64,000 nt of DNA, from positions 1,600,001 to 1,664,000 of the forward strand of contig CAVOHZ010000010.1 of the NCBI GenBank assembly GCA_963695855.1, read 5' to 3'. Each line of letters begins with the position of its first letter. Position 1 is the first letter of the stretch. The notes under the pieces are model-generated. The model worked only from the letters and a program-made list of their open reading frames with translations, did not search any database and was not told the DNA's origin. This stretch comes from an uncultured Nitrososphaerales archaeon. Lineage in GTDB: Archaea; Thermoproteota; Nitrososphaeria; Nitrososphaerales; Nitrososphaeraceae. The position numbers and the translations under genes were made by a program. This document shows positions 63,252 through 64,000 of the stretch, in pieces.

Positions 63252-64000
63252 TAAATATATTTAACTTTAAGTATATAGAAATTCCAAATTTCGTCTAAAG
63301 TTGAGTATTAGAAACAGTATGAAAGTAGACATAGTATGTATATTTCTTTAGATTAATAGATAGCTGTAGTGACTTGCTAAATTTTAATGACCCATAAAAA
63401 TATGTAATTGAATCTTTGGATTCATATAAAGTATGTCTAGTTTATATAATAATTGCAGCATATATTAAATTAATTTAAATATAATATATTACGTTATAGA
63501 AGAAATGATTTTCAAGCGCTGCTTTAGTAATAATTTTAGAGGATCTAGGAAATATTACTTTTTTCATCTATAGCAACAGTTGTCGAAGAATCACTGAAAT
63601 TGCAAACTTTGTCGGAGGTTGTATCACGTATATCGAAGAATCATTTGGAAAAATTCACGATGTAAATGGAAAATATAGTGAGGATATAGAAAACGATAGT
63701 GACAAGATTCATCATATAATAAAGTGTATATTGATAAAACTGGCTATCCTGAAATCATCGAAATCTAACGATCCACAAGAAGTGAAATCTGAGTAATTAG
63801 TTGATAATTTGGTATATTCGTGGTCCTGTACAACAAATAGACACCTTTCATATAGGTTACAACATATTTTGATGATTTTATTTTAGCCCACAATAATGAA
63901 AATAGCTAAAAAAATCAAAAGATGAGACGTATAAGTAAATTTAATAATAATATAGTCACGCAAATTATTTTATTTAACTTTTAATAATTGTTATGCTATC

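Noticed and set aside
63260-64000. Possible gene remnant at the right edge
   Set aside because: Only short stop-riddled fragments with no assignable motif.

Overview
AT-rich archaeal chromosome segment. Gene content (gatDE, thermosome, exosome, MCM/GINS, RFC, cupredoxin, a TFB paralogue, no histone gene in the window) fits an ammonia-oxidising thaumarchaeon of the Nitrososphaeraceae, possibly Ca. Nitrosocosmicus-like; this is an inference. The window has three zones. (1) 1-21 kb is an accessory region dense in nested, mostly decayed IS elements (IS5-like, IS903-type, IS1031-type, IS6, IS630, IS3). It also holds rtcA, tRNA-Ser(GCT) followed by the remains of an integrated element, a TFB pseudogene, a histone-H1-like protein built from a 36-bp tandem repeat and a SpoT/Mesh1-like HD protein. 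(2) 21-49 kb is conserved core: gatE/gatD, NMNAT, thermosome, L11/Spt5, AhbAB, XPF, the prefoldin-Pcc1-L37ae-exosome-SBDS superoperon, S9/L13/L18e/RpoD, sufC, a Cld-like gene, MCM/GINS, RFC and queC-queE-folE. (3) 49-64 kb is a second variable zone with zinc-ribbon proteins, a subtilase beside a small Cys-rich secreted protein, and a divergent nurA-herA-mre11-rad50 operon next to an IS. The best candidates for new biology are that operon (possibly a second, acquired copy; its mre11 lacks a canonical start codon), the H1-like repeat protein with its HD neighbour, the tRNA-linked element remnant, and the protease with its putative inhibitor. All family assignments come from motif recognition by eye; no searches were run.
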